NCBI GenBank assembly: GCA_002245135.1
Contig: NGBS01000042.1
Span: forward strand, 1-64,000
Direction of reading: 5' to 3'
Source: Proteromonas lacertae
Taxonomy: Eukaryota
DNA length: 64,000 nt
Shown here: piece by piece, positions 30,166 through 44,187 of the stretch
Position numbering within the stretch: position 1 is the first letter of the stretch
Layout: each line of letters begins with the position of its first letter
Program-made: the position numbers and the translations under genes
The notes under the pieces: generated by a model
Database searches by the model: none
Told to the model about the DNA's origin: nothing
What the model saw: only the letters and a program-made list of their open reading frames with translations

Positions 30166-31839
30166 TTATATTCTTCTCTTACCAGTCCTTGGCTTATCAG
30201 CAGATCGAACTGTATCACGATTTGCACTTTTTTGAGAGATATATTTCAATACCTCTGTTTTGATTTGATCGAGTTTTCTTGGCATGTTCTCGGTTTCATT
30301 ATCATCATCTTCATCCACATCACTATATTCTTCCATCGATGGTGGAGCAATACGAATCTTACTATCATTACTATTCAAAGGTTGTTCTGGACCTTCTCCT
30401 AGCACTGCAACCAAAGCTTGTTTGTGTTCTTCATTCTCAACATTCAATACACCTCCTTGTTCATGAATAGCCCACATCTGTAATATTTCATTGCATCTTT
30501 GTTCTATCAAGCCTAAATATTGCATTAAATTAGCTTCAGTAACATTTTCTGTAAGGAACTCAGACATATCATTCTGATCACATCCTATCTTATAAAATAG
30601 TGATTGAATTCCCATCTTTGTATCAGCAAGTGTTTTCACTGCTTCTTGGTATTGTATTTCATATTTCTCAGCCATAGCGTGTGTAGATTCTAGTTGTACC
30701 TCCAACTCCTTTCTTAATTGTTCATGTTGATTTACATCTTCACCTGTATCTTTTGATAGTTTCATTTCTTCTTCTCTCAATTGTGCTATTGTTTCTTCTA
30801 ATTTCTCTATTTCATTGGCTTGTGAAGAGACATAATTGAACAAACTGAAATTCTGGTCTTCATGTGCAATAAATGTGTTTACTAATTCATCAATATCAGT
30901 TATTCCAGTAGTAGCTCTAATCTTATTGAATGCCTCTTCATATGATTGAACTTTTTCTAAATTACCTTGAATGCCAGCCTTATCTTTAGCAATCTGCCAA
31001 GCTGATTTGGTAACACCTTTCTTTAACTCTTCTTCTTCTTCTAAGGTCAATTCTCCTAAATTATTCTTTGAATATTTCTCACTAATTTCTTTTGCCATTC
31101 TTTCTTCATCTTCATCATATTCTGCTATTCTTTGATCGAATTCTCTATGTTCTAAATTATTCTGTTGTTCTATTTGAGCCATTTCTGTTTGGGCTGCATC
31201 TCTCTTTTCATAACACTGATTGGATTGTTCTACTAGATCTGCTGCTTTCTTTTCTTTGTCATGTAATTGTTTTTCTAATTTCTTTGATATTCCATCAAAT
31301 ACCACTCTTTCTCTTCTTAGATTATCAATTTGTGCTCTAAGTTTCTGATTATAGGCTAATGCTTCGTTGAATCGTATAAGTGACTTATCTAATCTGTTTT
31401 CTAGTATTCTTACTTGTTTTTGTACCATTTGGGCTGATTCTTTGGCGTAATTAATACCACCCATCGATCGCTTTGTATTCAATATTTTATCTTTTAGTGC
31501 ATCTATTTGTTTATTATATTCTTCTATTCTTCTCTTTTCTTCATGTATTCTCTTTACATAACCATCCTCTATACACAAATATTATAAATATAATTTATTT
31601 ATACGTTGATCATTTAGTCGACTAATCACATCATCAGCTAATGGACCTCGAGGTTTACGTAAATATGTTCTACAGTCTCTTTTCAAAGCATCATTCTCTT
31701 TTTTCAAGTCATCAATCTGTTTTTGTTGCAAGCTTATTATACTGGCTGAATCCCTTGCGAGATCATTTCTATTCATCTTTAAAGCCATATATTGTTGATG
31801 CATCGCACCAAAGTCTTCTTCATCATCTTCATCAGACAT
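30166..31839 (-). CDS. ODAD1: Outer dynein arm docking complex subunit (CCDC114/CCDC63/ODA1 family); 36-nt intron 31604-31569
   Basis: Coiled coil with family motifs ILENRLDKSLIRFNEAL, IDNLRRER, EDQNFSLFNYV and NLMQYLGLIEQR. The intron joins the two ORFs in frame. Confidence 0.85.
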
Positions 31840-31933
31840 CTATTGAATTAGATCAATACTAGTCTATACAGTTCAAAACAAAACTAAAAAAACTAAAAAA
31901 ATAACGACAATTACAAAAGTCAGGTCACAATTA

Positions 31934-31963
31934 CCAAGCCAAGCAGAATCGTTTCTTTTGACT
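31934..31963 (+). promoter_or_regulatory. Candidate promoter element CAAGCCAAGCA followed by TTGACT, in a divergent intergenic region
   Basis: An identical 11-mer CAAGCCAAGCA lies at 46250-46260, a similar distance upstream of the DnaJ ATG. Related motifs precede many other genes. Confidence 0.45.
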
Positions 31964-31995
31964 TTTTTTTAGTTTTATAACTGAATAAAGAAATT

Positions 31996-33915
31996 ATGGA
32001 GGAATCTTTCTTGCTTTACAAATTCCCTCCATGGACTGCTGAACAAGAATATCCTCAAGATGCACAAGATAAACGTATTTCTATAATTAGTTATAAATTT
32101 AGTTAAAAAGGAATTATCATTCTCTAATAATTTCACATTTGATTTGCTCAATCTATGTAGAATATTAAATTTAAGTCCACATCCAGATTTAATTAATTTG
32201 TATAGATTTTGTTTATTTGATGTATAATAATGATAGAAAATCAAAAGAAGAAATAACAAAATTACAGGAACAACAAATAGAGCCAGCTGCACTTTCTCCA
32301 AGACCAGGAACTACAAAATCAGCAAAAGCTCCAAGTAAACCAGCCAAAGCCAAAGCATTAACAGTGGATGATTATATAGAAAGTATTATATTATTTAATT
32401 TATTTATTTATTATTATTATAGGAGGAATATATAAAATTGAAGATATTTATAGTTTATCAATTCAAAAACATTTACTCGATTCAACCACAGTAAAATTGC
32501 TAACGATGACACTTCCACAATCATTTATACAAAATCTAACAATCTCAGGAGTTCATTTGACCAAAGAAAGTTTACATGAATTATCATCCTGTTTACAACA
32601 ATATCCATTTATTCGAGTATTAAAGATTGAATGGAATCCAGTGAATGTTTATCACAGTGGCAAAACTCCAAGACCTCCCACACCAGTAGTAGAAGAAAAG
32701 AAAGAAGAAGAGAAAAAAGAAGAAGAAAAAAAGGAAGAAACTTCAAAGAAAAGTGAAAAGAAATCGATGAAAGAAGATAAAAGTAAAAGTAAAATTAAAA
32801 AAGATGATAAGAAAAGTGTAAAGAAAGGAAAAGGTAAAAAAGGAAAAGAGGAAGAGAAGAAAGAAGAAGAGGAAGAAGAAAAGAAAGAAGAACTACCACC
32901 ACCACCTCCACCAGAACCTCCAAAGCCAAGACATTCATTTGATAGTTTCTTTGATGCTGAAGATATTAATAATATTCCACCAAAAGAAGGTGAAGAAGCT
33001 GTTAATCCCACTCCTACAACAACAACAACAACTGATGTAAATGGGAATTCAATTGAACAACCAACAGAAGCAAAGACAGAAGAAAGTAAAAAAGAAGAAG
33101 AAAAGAAAGAAAAAGAAGAAGAATATGATGCAGAGAAGTATATGGATGATTATTCAGAAATATTTGCAGAGTTTGTAGATGCAATGTCTCCAGTTGAATA
33201 TTTATGTTTACGAGGAAATAAAATCACTTCAAAAGGATTCAAAGCGATTTGTGAAAAATTAAAATCTTGCATAACAATAACTGAATTAAATCTATTTGAT
33301 AATCTAATCGATGATGAAGGAATAGAAATATTAAGTGAAATGATAAAATATAATCGATCATTATACAGTCTAAGTTTAAGTCATAATCGAATAATTGGTT
33401 CAAATTTATCAAAGATATTATCTTCATTTGTTCCATATAGTGTAGAACAAAAAGAAGAAAAAGCAAATCGAGATAAAGTAATAAGCGATACAAAGAATGC
33501 GTATAAAGAATTAGGTGGATTATTAAAGAAAAGAAAAGCGATGTTAACTTCAGCGAAGAAACCTGAATTAGATATTGCAATACCCAAGATGCCTGATTTA
33601 GGTTCAGTTGGAAAGAAAGACAATATGTGTCCTGGAAATGATACACTTCATGTAATCGATTTGAGTTATAATAAAGTGAGTGATGAGAATGTGAAAATAT
33701 TTGTAGATAATTTGAAAGATTGTTTTAATCATAATAGTGAAGTATTACCAATAAGTTTAGAGAATTTAATATTGAGTGAAAATGGTTTAAATGAAGAAAG
33801 TCTGATAATGTTAGAAGAAGGATTGAAATATGTTCCTGAATCAAATGATAATGTAGATAATAATACAAATGTAAGTAATAAGAAAGGTAAATCTCCTCGA
33901 AGTCCTAAAGGCTAA
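31996..33915 (+). CDS. RNI-like leucine-rich repeat protein (LRRC71-like) with a KE-rich/poly-Pro insertion; three short 5' introns
   Basis: LRR motifs LCLRGNKITSKG, LNLFDNLIDDEG, LSLSHNRI and IDLSYNKV. Upstream exons reconstructed from ATG 31996 with donors at 32075, 32200 and ~32383. Confidence 0.7.
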
Positions 33916-34075
33916 AGAATTATTAATATTTATTTAAAATTGATATAGAAATGTATAGTTGTGTTTTTTTGTGATGATATATATATATATATAACAGAAA
34001 TATGTTTTAAACAAAACAATAACCTGAAACGGATCTTTTATTGAAATAAGCCATATTTTCTATATCTTGTTAAAT

Positions 34076-35421
34076 ATGACTTCAGTATGGTTTCTATTTA
34101 TTGTAAATAGTTCAGTGGCTATAAGCAGTTAAATCTACATACTCAAGTCCAGCATTTTGCTCAAAATGAAAAGAATAGCAGTTATGATAAGAAGAAATTA
34201 CTCTATTTATGCGAATATTTATCACTTATGAATTATATGAAAATTGAAGAATTGTTTTGTTTCAATATTAGTCGAGTGACAGATTCTCATTTTACAGTTA
34301 TAGAAATCAAGAAAAACCTATCAGAATACCAACTATCTGTGGTAAAAAAGACAATTCTTGAGTTAATGAATATAGATTATGATGTTTTGATGGATTTTAT
34401 AAATTATAGAAGAAAGGATCTGAAAGAAAGTGAAACTAATGATTCAAAATCTGAACTTGTAGAAGAAGAATATATAAAATTAGTAGAAGGTGATAGTAAT
34501 TGGTTAGAAACCCCCAAAATAGTTGATTTATTGAAGATAAATAATTACTATTTTTCTGTTTATCATATACTTGATTCAATGACATGTATTCACACTATAA
34601 AACTATTTTTTTATCGTTCTATAATTGTATAGTAAATCGAGTAAACACGAGACTAGTAGATTATGTCATTGATAATTTGAGTTTTAATGAAAGTATGTTT
34701 GTTATATTGTTATTTGAATTTTCTTTTAGATTATATAAGTAATTATGGATGTGAATATTTAAGTTGGAAATTAAGTTCATTCTTCTGTATAAAAACGTTA
34801 GATTTGAGTTGTATATATTCTATATTTATATTCCATAGATAACGGTATAAGAGATGAAGGTGTAATGTATTTAAGTCATTCATTTAAATACATATCACAT
34901 TTATCACAATTACTATTAAACAATAATAAAATCAAATCAGCTGGATTAATCTGCATGTGTAATGAATTAGAAAATATTAATGAATTGACAGTTTTAGATT
35001 TATCTCACAATATGATAGATGATAATGGTTTTATACAATTAAGTGAGAGTATGTCTAACAACATACCTCAATTAGAAACATTAAAGATGAATAGTATGAA
35101 ATAAATAATATTATTATAATATAATTTATAGATAATAAACTAAGTGATGATTCATTAGAAGTGTTTAGTAAATGTGTTAGTAATTTCAATAACAAAAAAT
35201 CTTTATTGAAAGGAATATCTATTTCATGTATGTTAATTATCATTATTATTCATTATTAAAATATAGATAATGATATTAGTGATTTTGGAATTAATAAGTT
35301 GTTGAATGGTTTATTGTTCTTGAAGAACTTAAAGACAATATCATTTTATGGATATAATATAACTAATTATGATAATCTAAAGAAAGAATTTGAGAAGATT
35401 CAACTAACAGTAACAATATAA
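34076..35421 (+). CDS. Multi-exon RNI-like LRR protein
   Basis: ATG 34076 plus a 26-nt intron (34085-34110) is in frame with ORF 34228. LRR exons (NNKIKSAG, LDLSHNMIDDNG, DNDISDFG) are separated by short GTAT..AG introns. Stop TAA at 35419-35421. Confidence 0.7.
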
Positions 35422-36044
35422 ATACAACAACAATTCTTATTTTTATTATTGTATATGTTTGTTATTTGAATGTGTTTAAATTATTAAAATTGAAATACAC
35501 TTTTAATACACTAAATACAGCCAAAATGTATTTGATTATAGTGAGAGTATTAGAGGTTTTAAAGGCGTATAATTGTAGTAATTCAAATACATGTATTTTA
35601 TATAATATTATGAAAGAGGTATAATATGCTAAAAGAGAACAATTGTGAAATGAGTGTTTTGAAATATAATTGTAATTAATTAACGAAATATTGAATATAA
35701 ATGACTAAATAAAACCAGTAGCTTAATCTATTTATAGGAACTTAAATATATAAAACAAAATTTTTCTTCTCTCAGTTGTTACATTACAGATATATGTAGA
35801 TTAGCCAATTTAAAATGTATAATATTTCAACAAGTGTGATATAATCAAGATTTGAAGAAGAAAAATCAGAATAACTCAGTCTAAAGATATACATGGTAGT
35901 GCATATAGTTAAGGTAATTATGATAGTATTATTATATTTTCTTTTGTCATATATGAAGAATGAAGAAATACACTCATAATACACAAAATACATGTATTTG
36001 TCGTTAGAAAATCTTTTTGACATCCAGCGTGATAGAGAGTGATA

Positions 36045-39000
36045 ATGAGTATTAGAGAGTATTTAACAGTGAAATTGCATATTAATTGGGATGTATAGAT
36101 ATTGTTTAATATAAAATAATAGGAATGTAAGGTGTTAGAAGAGAGTAAAAGTGAAATGAGTTTAATGAGAAAAGACCAATCAGTAGTTGCGAAGATATTC
36201 GATATAAGCAAGCCAACAGTGTTAGTAGTAAAATCTATTGAACAGAGTTACTGTTTGTTAAGTGATATATCTCTACCTTACGCTATTCCATCTCAAATAT
36301 ATGCAGATCAAACATCACATTTCATGATATTCCAGCGAGATTTATATGATCGAGATTTAGAGAAGATGATTCAAAGTAAATCATTGTCAAGCAGTGATAT
36401 ATGTGATGTGATATGTTCAATATGTGCTATTCTAAGGATATCGTGTGATTATGATGTAATGGTGGGTAATTTGAAGAGTTCTAATGTGGTATATGATAAA
36501 AATAACAATGTAAAGTTATGTGATTTATTCTTGAATTTGTTGAGAAAAGAGGAAGATCTGAGAGTGTATGATGTTTGCTTTAAAAGCCCTGAGGAGTTGA
36601 ATGGTTTGGAATGTAATGAAAGAAGTGTGATTTGGTCAATTGGTTGCATTTTATATGAAATGATTTTAAAGAAATTACCATTTAATGAAGATGATAATAT
36701 GATGAAAACTATTAATAATATTATGAGATGTGAATACAGTTTAGATGGAATAGAGAAATGTGATGGTATGATGAAAGAGATGATAGCAAGAATGTTGAAA
36801 GTGAAGAGTGAAGATAGATTGAGTTTAAAAGAGTTGAGTAAAGAGATGATTAAAGTGAGTGAAATGATAAGAGATGATGAAGATAATTTGGCAATATGTG
36901 AAGAAAGAAAAGATATATTATATGAATATGATAAATTAATTATAACACTTCCAATAATATATCCATCAGAATATTATCTTAATAGCAAAGAATGGGAGAG
37001 TATAAATTATATTCTTTTTTTTTTGTATAGAAATTCGAGATGCATTTATAGAATCATACAATAACAATCCAAGTGACAGAATATTATCAATACTATTGAT
37101 GATGAAAATACATAAAGAAGATAGTAATCATGGAATGTTGTATTATAGTTGTTATAAGACTAATAAAGATAAATTAATAAAAGATTTACTACAATATAGA
37201 ATTAATCACAAAAACAAAAGAGATAAAGAATGTTATTTGGACAAAATGATCTTTGATATTCACAATGATTATAAGGATAATGATATAATGAAGATAAATC
37301 CCTATTGTATTTGTTTATGTGAAGATGGAATCAATTATTTCTTCAGAATAATGAAATTAATCAATCCCGCAAAACTTCAATTTAGTAAAATTTTATTTGT
37401 TTTATTATATAGATGATATTTTTATTCCTTCTGAACGTCAATTATTGTTGTTGTCATCTTTTTATGGTTTATCCAATCTACAAGAATTATACTTAAATAC
37501 ATGTAATCTTACTTCAAAATTCATAGAATCATTAGCAGAATCAATTCCATTTATGAAATTGAAATATGTTAATCTTTCCTGTATTAATTCTAATTCTATA
37601 ATATATTTTAAATAGCTAATCCAATTGGTCCACAAGGATTGAAAATGTTACTTCCATATTTACATTTATTAATAAACAACAAAGAAAATGAATTGACACT
37701 TAATGGAATGAATTTAGATGATGAATCAATGATATTATTATCAAAAGAATTATATAAATATCCAAATATTGATAAGATGGATATTAAGAATAACAAAAAT
37801 ATTCATTCAGAAGGATTAAAAGCCTTATTCTCCAAATATCCAATTTCCAACATAGATTTTGATTTCAATGGAAGTAAAGAATTACTGATTGATAAAGACA
37901 TTCCAGATTTAATCAAATATATTAGTTGTAGTGAATTGAATCTCAGTAATTTAGATATTGATGATGCTTTTTTCAAATCATTCATTCAGTTAAGATTAGA
38001 TGAGTTAAGAGAAGTTAAAGAATTAGATTTGAGGGGTATAATTTATTATTTTATATTTGTTAGATAATAAACTAACACATAAAAGTATAGAAATACTTAC
38101 TAACAACTTGAAATCATTCCCAAGACTAAATTATCTACAATTAAATGGAAATGAAATAGGAGATGAAGGGATGAAAATACTATCTCCTCATATGAAACGA
38201 TTGTTATTAAAAATAGACTATGAAGATTTATCTATAAACTGTTCAAGTAATAATTTTATTTATAATTTTAACTAGAAATGGGAGTGTCTAAAACTGGATT
38301 TAATTATTTAATAGAGTCTTATATAAAAATATATAATTATTTAAATCCTGATGATGTTTATTATGTTGATGATGATGGTAATGATGATGGACCAATGAAA
38401 GTTTTTCTGTGTATATGCGATAATCCAATTGGTAATGAAGGTTTTAAGTTATTATTAAACAATTTAAGATCATTAGTAGATGAAGGTGGTGAAATGCATT
38501 TAAGTAATATATCAATAGATGATGAAAGTGTTATGTTACTAGAAGATTGTATTGGTATAAGCAGAGATTGTAAAAGAATAAATCTCCAAAGAAATAATAT
38601 CAGAATGGATGGATTAAAATTGATATGTTCAAAATCTTTAGAAAAAGTTGGTTATCCATTGATACAAATGAAATGTCCATTTTGGACAAATGAGGAATTG
38701 AAATATTATTTGGATTATTGTATTAAAAAGAAAAGAAGAGATGATTATGACTTTTCAGGTATAATAACAAAATTGTAATAAAATAGATTTAAATATCAGT
38801 GATTATCATATTACATATATTAAGAAGATTAAATACGAAAAACTTGATTTATCTAATAACCGAATTAGTTATAAAGGATTAAAAGAGTTAATGTATTCTT
38901 TACCAAAAAGTGTTGTCAATATATTAATACATAATAATCTAATTGGAGATGAAGGATTGGAGATAATATTTAGATTTATAGAAAAATTTGTCTGTGATGA

Positions 39001-39351
39001 TTCATTGAATCTATCAAGTATTTTATTATAATTATTATAATGTGAATAGATATAGGAATGAGCGGAAAAGGATTTAAGATGTTAATACACAGATTAAAAG
39101 ATTATAGACCATTAAGAAATATAAATATATTAGGAAAGGTAATAAATGAAAGTGAATTAAGAATGATGAGAGAAAACAAAGAAGTATTTGATTGTTTGGA
39201 TGAATTTTCAATAACAGTAAAAGATATTATTAATAAATCAGAGTTAAAATCGTTTTTAGAAGCATTATCATCAATTGAAACTATCAAGTTAGATGGCATA
39301 TCAGAAGTAGAAAAGCAAGAATTATCAAAAGAATTTGGAAATATTGAATAA
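36045..39351 (+). CDS. Pseudokinase (NEK-like fold) fused to RNI-like LRRs, multi-exon, copy 1
   Basis: VVAK, VGNLKSSNVV, LCDLF, KSPEEL and IWSIGCILYEM, followed by LRR exons (LYLNTCNL, LQLNGNEIGDEG, LDLSNNRIS). First intron 36093-36122. Confidence 0.8.
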
Positions 39352-39416
39352 TAATTATTATTATTTTAAAACTATTGAAATAAACAAATAAAAAAAACAA
39401 CAATATTAAATTCATT

Positions 39417-40511
39417 CTAAAAAACTGCACAACTACTCTCTCTAATTAGTTGATTAATACTAATTAAATCATCTTTCAAATCATCTAATATAAGGAATAT
39501 CATTTTATCAACATCATTCTCACATTCTCCACTAATACTTTTAAAATCAATTACACTTAACTTATCTTTAAATAAAGATCCATAATTACATAATATATCT
39601 TCAGCTAAATATTTACATTCATAATTCTGTAAATCATCAATTATCTTCTTATATCTTTTCTGCAACTCTTCCATCTTTATATTCTTTCCTTTTAAAAGAG
39701 TTAAAATTTTATTGCTATATGAATCTATACTATAATTTTCAATTTTATTTTTATTAATAGTAAATCTATTTTCTAATGTCAAATTATTTATTATATTATC
39801 TACCAATTTGTGAAGATGCTCCCAAGACACTGATGATTTGAATTTTCTTCTTTTCATTTCGATTTTATTAAATATAATAAAACTCATATTAATATAATAT
39901 CTTGTCATTTCTGGTGTAATATGGAAACTTTTAGTCACTAATTCATTTATATTCTTTTCATTTATATTATTAGTAATAAATTCATTGATTCTTATAAAAT
40001 TATCATACAATCGAGGTAGTTGTCTTACATTGGATGTGTTTTCTAACAGTTTTATATTATGATCTCTGTAATGAGGAGAGAGATTAAGGAACAAAATTTT
40101 GTAATAGATATCATCATTTATACTGTAATATATTCTACACATTTCATCTGTATTGATCGAAAACAGCTTCTGTAAATCTCGATCATGTCCAGTAGTTGTG
40201 TTGTTTATGTCATTTTTGTATATGTTTTGAAAGTACTCTTCTGATTCAGTAAATACTTTAAACTAAAAGTGTAAATATATCTGTTATACTTGATCATCTG
40301 TATCTCGAATATATAGATTCTTCTCCCATTCATCATTCTCTTTATGCCTTCTTTCTACAATTGTTTCAACTAAAAACATATCAAAGAAGTATAATATACT
40401 CGATTCACCTTTAATCCATGATTCAAATGTAGGTAAGTCAATTTCAACAGGATCTGTAACGCAAACATCAAACAAAAATGGGTTTTTATCATTTTCAGTG
40501 GATGAGTTCAT
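39417..40511 (-). CDS. FIBP: FIBP (acidic FGF intracellular binding protein) family protein, short introns
   Basis: N-terminus FDVCVTDPVEIDLPTFESWIKG and YYSINDDIY resemble FIBP; DTDDQ..F motif. Confidence 0.6.
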
Positions 40512-40625
40512 ATCAAAAAAACAAATTCAATATTCAAGCCTTGAAATAAACTTGAGTATATTTAAAACAAAACAAAACACAAACATCACTATTCATTAAT
40601 TTAATTACAAATAAATATATTCAAT

Positions 40626-40946
40626 TTATCGAAATCTACGCTTCTTTTTTGCTCTATTATATTACATCAATAAATGAGTTTATACTCTTCTTCTTTCTTT
40701 GCTTCTGCCTCTGCCTTCTTCTTTTCTTCTAATTCTTTTTTAACTTTGTGACGAATTCTGTCCATTTGCAGAATGAATGTATATAATTCTTCCATTTCAG
40801 GTGAGGGAGGAAAAGGAGCATCAACTATCTCTCTTTTCACATCACGTTGCTATTAAACAAAAGATTAACAATATAATCAATACTTCTTGTTGTTGCTTCA
40901 TTTTTTCAATCTCTTCATCTGTAAAAACCTTGCCTTCAGTCGCCAT
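40626..40946 (-). CDS. Unannotated 84-aa charged microprotein A (exons 40946-40884, 40849-40686, 40653-40626)
   Basis: Splicing of 34- and 32-nt GTAT..AG introns gives MATEGKVFTDEEIEKMKQQQEQRDVKREIVDAPFPPSPEMEELYTFILQMDRIRHKVKKELEEKKKAEAEAKKEEEAKKKRRFR*. Confidence 0.8.
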
Positions 40947-41045
40947 ATTAATTTAATTATATTTTACTTTATTATTTAAACAGAAAATCAGAAAAACAAA
41001 AACAGTCTATCAAGCAGAAGGTTTGATAAAAAAGAAACGATTATT

Positions 41046-41470
41046 ATGCCAGAAGCAAAAAAGAAAGGTAAGAAGAAAGACAAATCTCCTAAAAAGAAAG
41101 TGAGACTTCCAAATCCATTCCCAAATCCCAAACCAAAAAGGAGACCAATAGAAGGTGAAGAAGAACCTGAATATGAGCCAAAAGTATACTAAAATAGTTT
41201 ATTGAGTATAGATTCCTGCTGATTTAAAAGTGGAAGTAATGAAAGCACCATATTCAGCAGTAAATCCAGCTGAGGACGTTCAATTTATGTATCAATTTTG
41301 GATAGAACATGACAGAGTTGCATTGCTTGATAAAAGAGCTAGAGAAGAAGCTAAGAGAATAGCCGATGAGCAGGCCAAAGAAGAAGCGTATTAATATTAT
41401 TTTTTATTATATTATAAACAGAAAGAAAAATAAATTTGCTTGGATGAGGAAACCAGCAGCAAAGAAGTAA
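41046..41470 (+). CDS. Unannotated 120-aa charged microprotein B (exons 41046-41183, 41212-41387, 41422-41470)
   Basis: Splicing of 28- and 34-nt GTAT..AG introns gives MPEAKKKGKK...EYEPKIPADLKVEVMKAPYSAVNPAEDVQFMYQFWIEHDRVALLDKRAREEAKRIADEQAKEEAKKNKFAWMRKPAAKK*. Confidence 0.8.
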
Positions 41471-41577
41471 TAAATTAATCACAAATACAAATCAATTATG
41501 TATATTCATTAATAGTATAGATTTATAAAAAAAAATAATAATAATAATTGTGTTTTATATAATTATATATTTACTAA

Positions 41578-42434
41578 TCAATGACTATGTTGAGAAGCTA
41601 AAAAATAAGGAATTATTGAACCTATACAAATACACACTTTTCTCCAAATTGGTTTGATATAACCTGAATCACCATGTGAATGTAATATATGGGATGTTCC
41701 AACAAACAAAAATGTTCCAGCAGAAAACTCCATAGCAAAACCTAAAGATAATCCTTCTAAACCCATCAGACCTCCATTTATTAATCCATATGTTAACAAT
41801 GCTGAGATTGGAGATGATAATGCAAATAACAAAATGGTTCTAAAACCTATATTGATTAGATTATTATAATAATTATACAAAAAACAGAACTCTTTTGTGA
41901 TTCTTTTAGAAATGATCCTAATCCAAATGAAGCAGGTGCTTTGTGCATTAATAAAGCAAAGAACACCACTCTACTAGTTGATTGATCTTTTGAAAGCGCT
42001 GAAGCTCCTAATGCAATTCCATCAACAAATGAATGTATTAATAATCCAATTACAGATGATAAACTATTATCTGGTTCTTTAATTCCATGTTCTAGCTCTT
42101 TTTCTTCATGTTCTTCATGAAAAAATGATGATAGAATATAAATAAAGCAATATCCAAGAGTAGCTGCCACTCCTAGATAATAATGAAAATTGACTTCTGC
42201 TTCTTCTTTGTGTGCTTCGTTAGAATGCTCATGAGGTTGTACTTCCAGCAGCATGTGTATTCCTTCTGGTAATATGACAATAAGAGCTGTTCCCAATAAC
42301 AAACCAACTCCAATTGAAGTCATAATACTCATAATCTTCTTACTACATTTAAATAAGAAAGGTATAGAAGCAAAACAAGCACTTCCAATAGCTAATATAC
42401 AACATAATAGAAATAATGAACCAAACACACCCAT
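41578..42434 (-). CDS. SLC39A9: ZIP-family zinc transporter (ZIP9-like), one short intron
   Basis: GLLLGTALIVILPEG, GLLIHSFVDGIALG, MHKAPASFGL, FSAGTFLFVGTSHIL, and His-rich loops. Confidence 0.88.
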
Positions 42435-42649
42435 TCAAAGAATATTTATAAATTACACAAAATTACTCAATTACCACTTTCTTTGACATTTTTTTCTTTT
42501 TTTCTTTATATATATTGCTAACAAAGAAATAGACATTTCGAAGATATAACATTGATATGAAATATAATTAAAAAAATAAAATTAATACTTATATAACCTT
42601 AAATAACTGAAATTAGAATATAGATAAATAACATTTGATATACGTAAAA

Positions 42650-44187
42650 TTAATATATATTTTTGTCATGTTTATTGTTACTGATATTTTTATTACGTTT
42701 AGATTTAGTTCCAGGAAAGGAGATGGTACTATTATTCCTATGTTTCGAATTATGACTAGAAGAATCAGAATCTTCAATTCCTCCTCCTCTTCGTCCTATT
42801 TCTGTGCCAGCTTTGTCACTTAATGTCTTATCTTTTTGGAAATAATAGAGAAACTGATGTTTTCTATTACAAATAAAAACAAAAAAAATATACTTGGCTT
42901 GTCTTGGGGTTATTCGCTTACTTGGATCAATTACAAATATTTGTTTCAATAAATCAATGAAATTTCTATAACTAATCAAATCTTCAAAGTTTTTATTGGG
43001 TAATCTACTTTCTAACGTTTCTATTTTTGATTTTGGAAGAGGTTTTTTCAATACCCACATTTTTGTTTTTTCATCATAATTAAAGAAATCATTTTTTTTC
43101 TCAGCATTTCCTATTAATTCTTGTGAAGGCATTCCACATACTGAAATAATCTCTATACATATAATAAATATAAAAAATAACATAATTTATATATAAAAAT
43201 ACGAGATAATTGATCATAGCTTGATTTACCTGGAAATAATGGATTACCTGTAAATAATTCCGCCATAACACATCCTAAAGACCAAATATCAATTTGTGTA
43301 TTATAGCGTAGACCTAATAGTATCTCAGGAGAACGATAATATCTACTTTGAATGTATGTATACATAGTTTTTGAACTTAAACAACTACTTCCGAAATCTA
43401 TCAATTTTACACTAGCTTGATGTTGTTTTTGAAGTAAAATATTTTCTGGTTTTATGTCACAGTGAATTATGTTTACATTTTTATCTGCTAAATATACTAA
43501 AGTGTTCATTAACTGATATGTTATTGACTTTATTATTGTTAATGTGAATGGTTTAAAATGTCTCTTTTTAAGGATGGAATATAAATCATCATTCAGTTTT
43601 TCAAATACTAAACAACTATGTTTTCCGTGTGTAAATGTGTTTAATAATCGTACAATGTTCTTTGTATCGTCTATATCATATTTATTAACTGTTTTTAAGA
43701 TTGATATTTCGATATTTGCTTGTCTTGTAAATGGAGTTTGTCCTTTGATAATCTTTATTGCTACTTCAATATCTTTCTTCAAATCTAAAGCACAGACAAC
43801 AATACCAAATGAACCCTATATATAAATATAAATTAAGATAGAATAATAAATTATAATGAAAATACTTGTCCTAACTTATATAGAATCTGATATCTATTAT
43901 TACCAAGTAATATTCCAGGTTTTATAATGAGATTGTGATCAGCATCATCCTCACTAGTATAGTAAAAGAAATAGAATCTTACGCCTGAGTATTCGAAGAA
44001 GGAGGCGGTTCTGTTTTCCTCTGCATATTGTCGAGATATTTCTACAGAATATATTTGACAAAGATACCTGTGAGATTGAATCATATACCTTAAGCATCTC
44101 TACAGTGAGTTTGTAAACTATTCTGCTACTATCATTTCTCACCTTGAAAGCGTTGTGAGGAGGTTCTATCCCCTGTATAGGCTGCAT
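42650..44187 (-). CDS. DYRK/YAK1-family dual-specificity protein kinase, several short introns
   Basis: VAIKIIK, IIHCDIKPENILL, KLIDFGSS, YTYIQSRYYRSPE (YxY activation loop), DIWSLGC. Confidence 0.9.

Noticed and set aside
32660..33130. GAA/AAG-rich purine tract with a long antisense ORF
   Set aside because: Encodes a low-complexity KE/poly-Pro insertion of the LRR protein.
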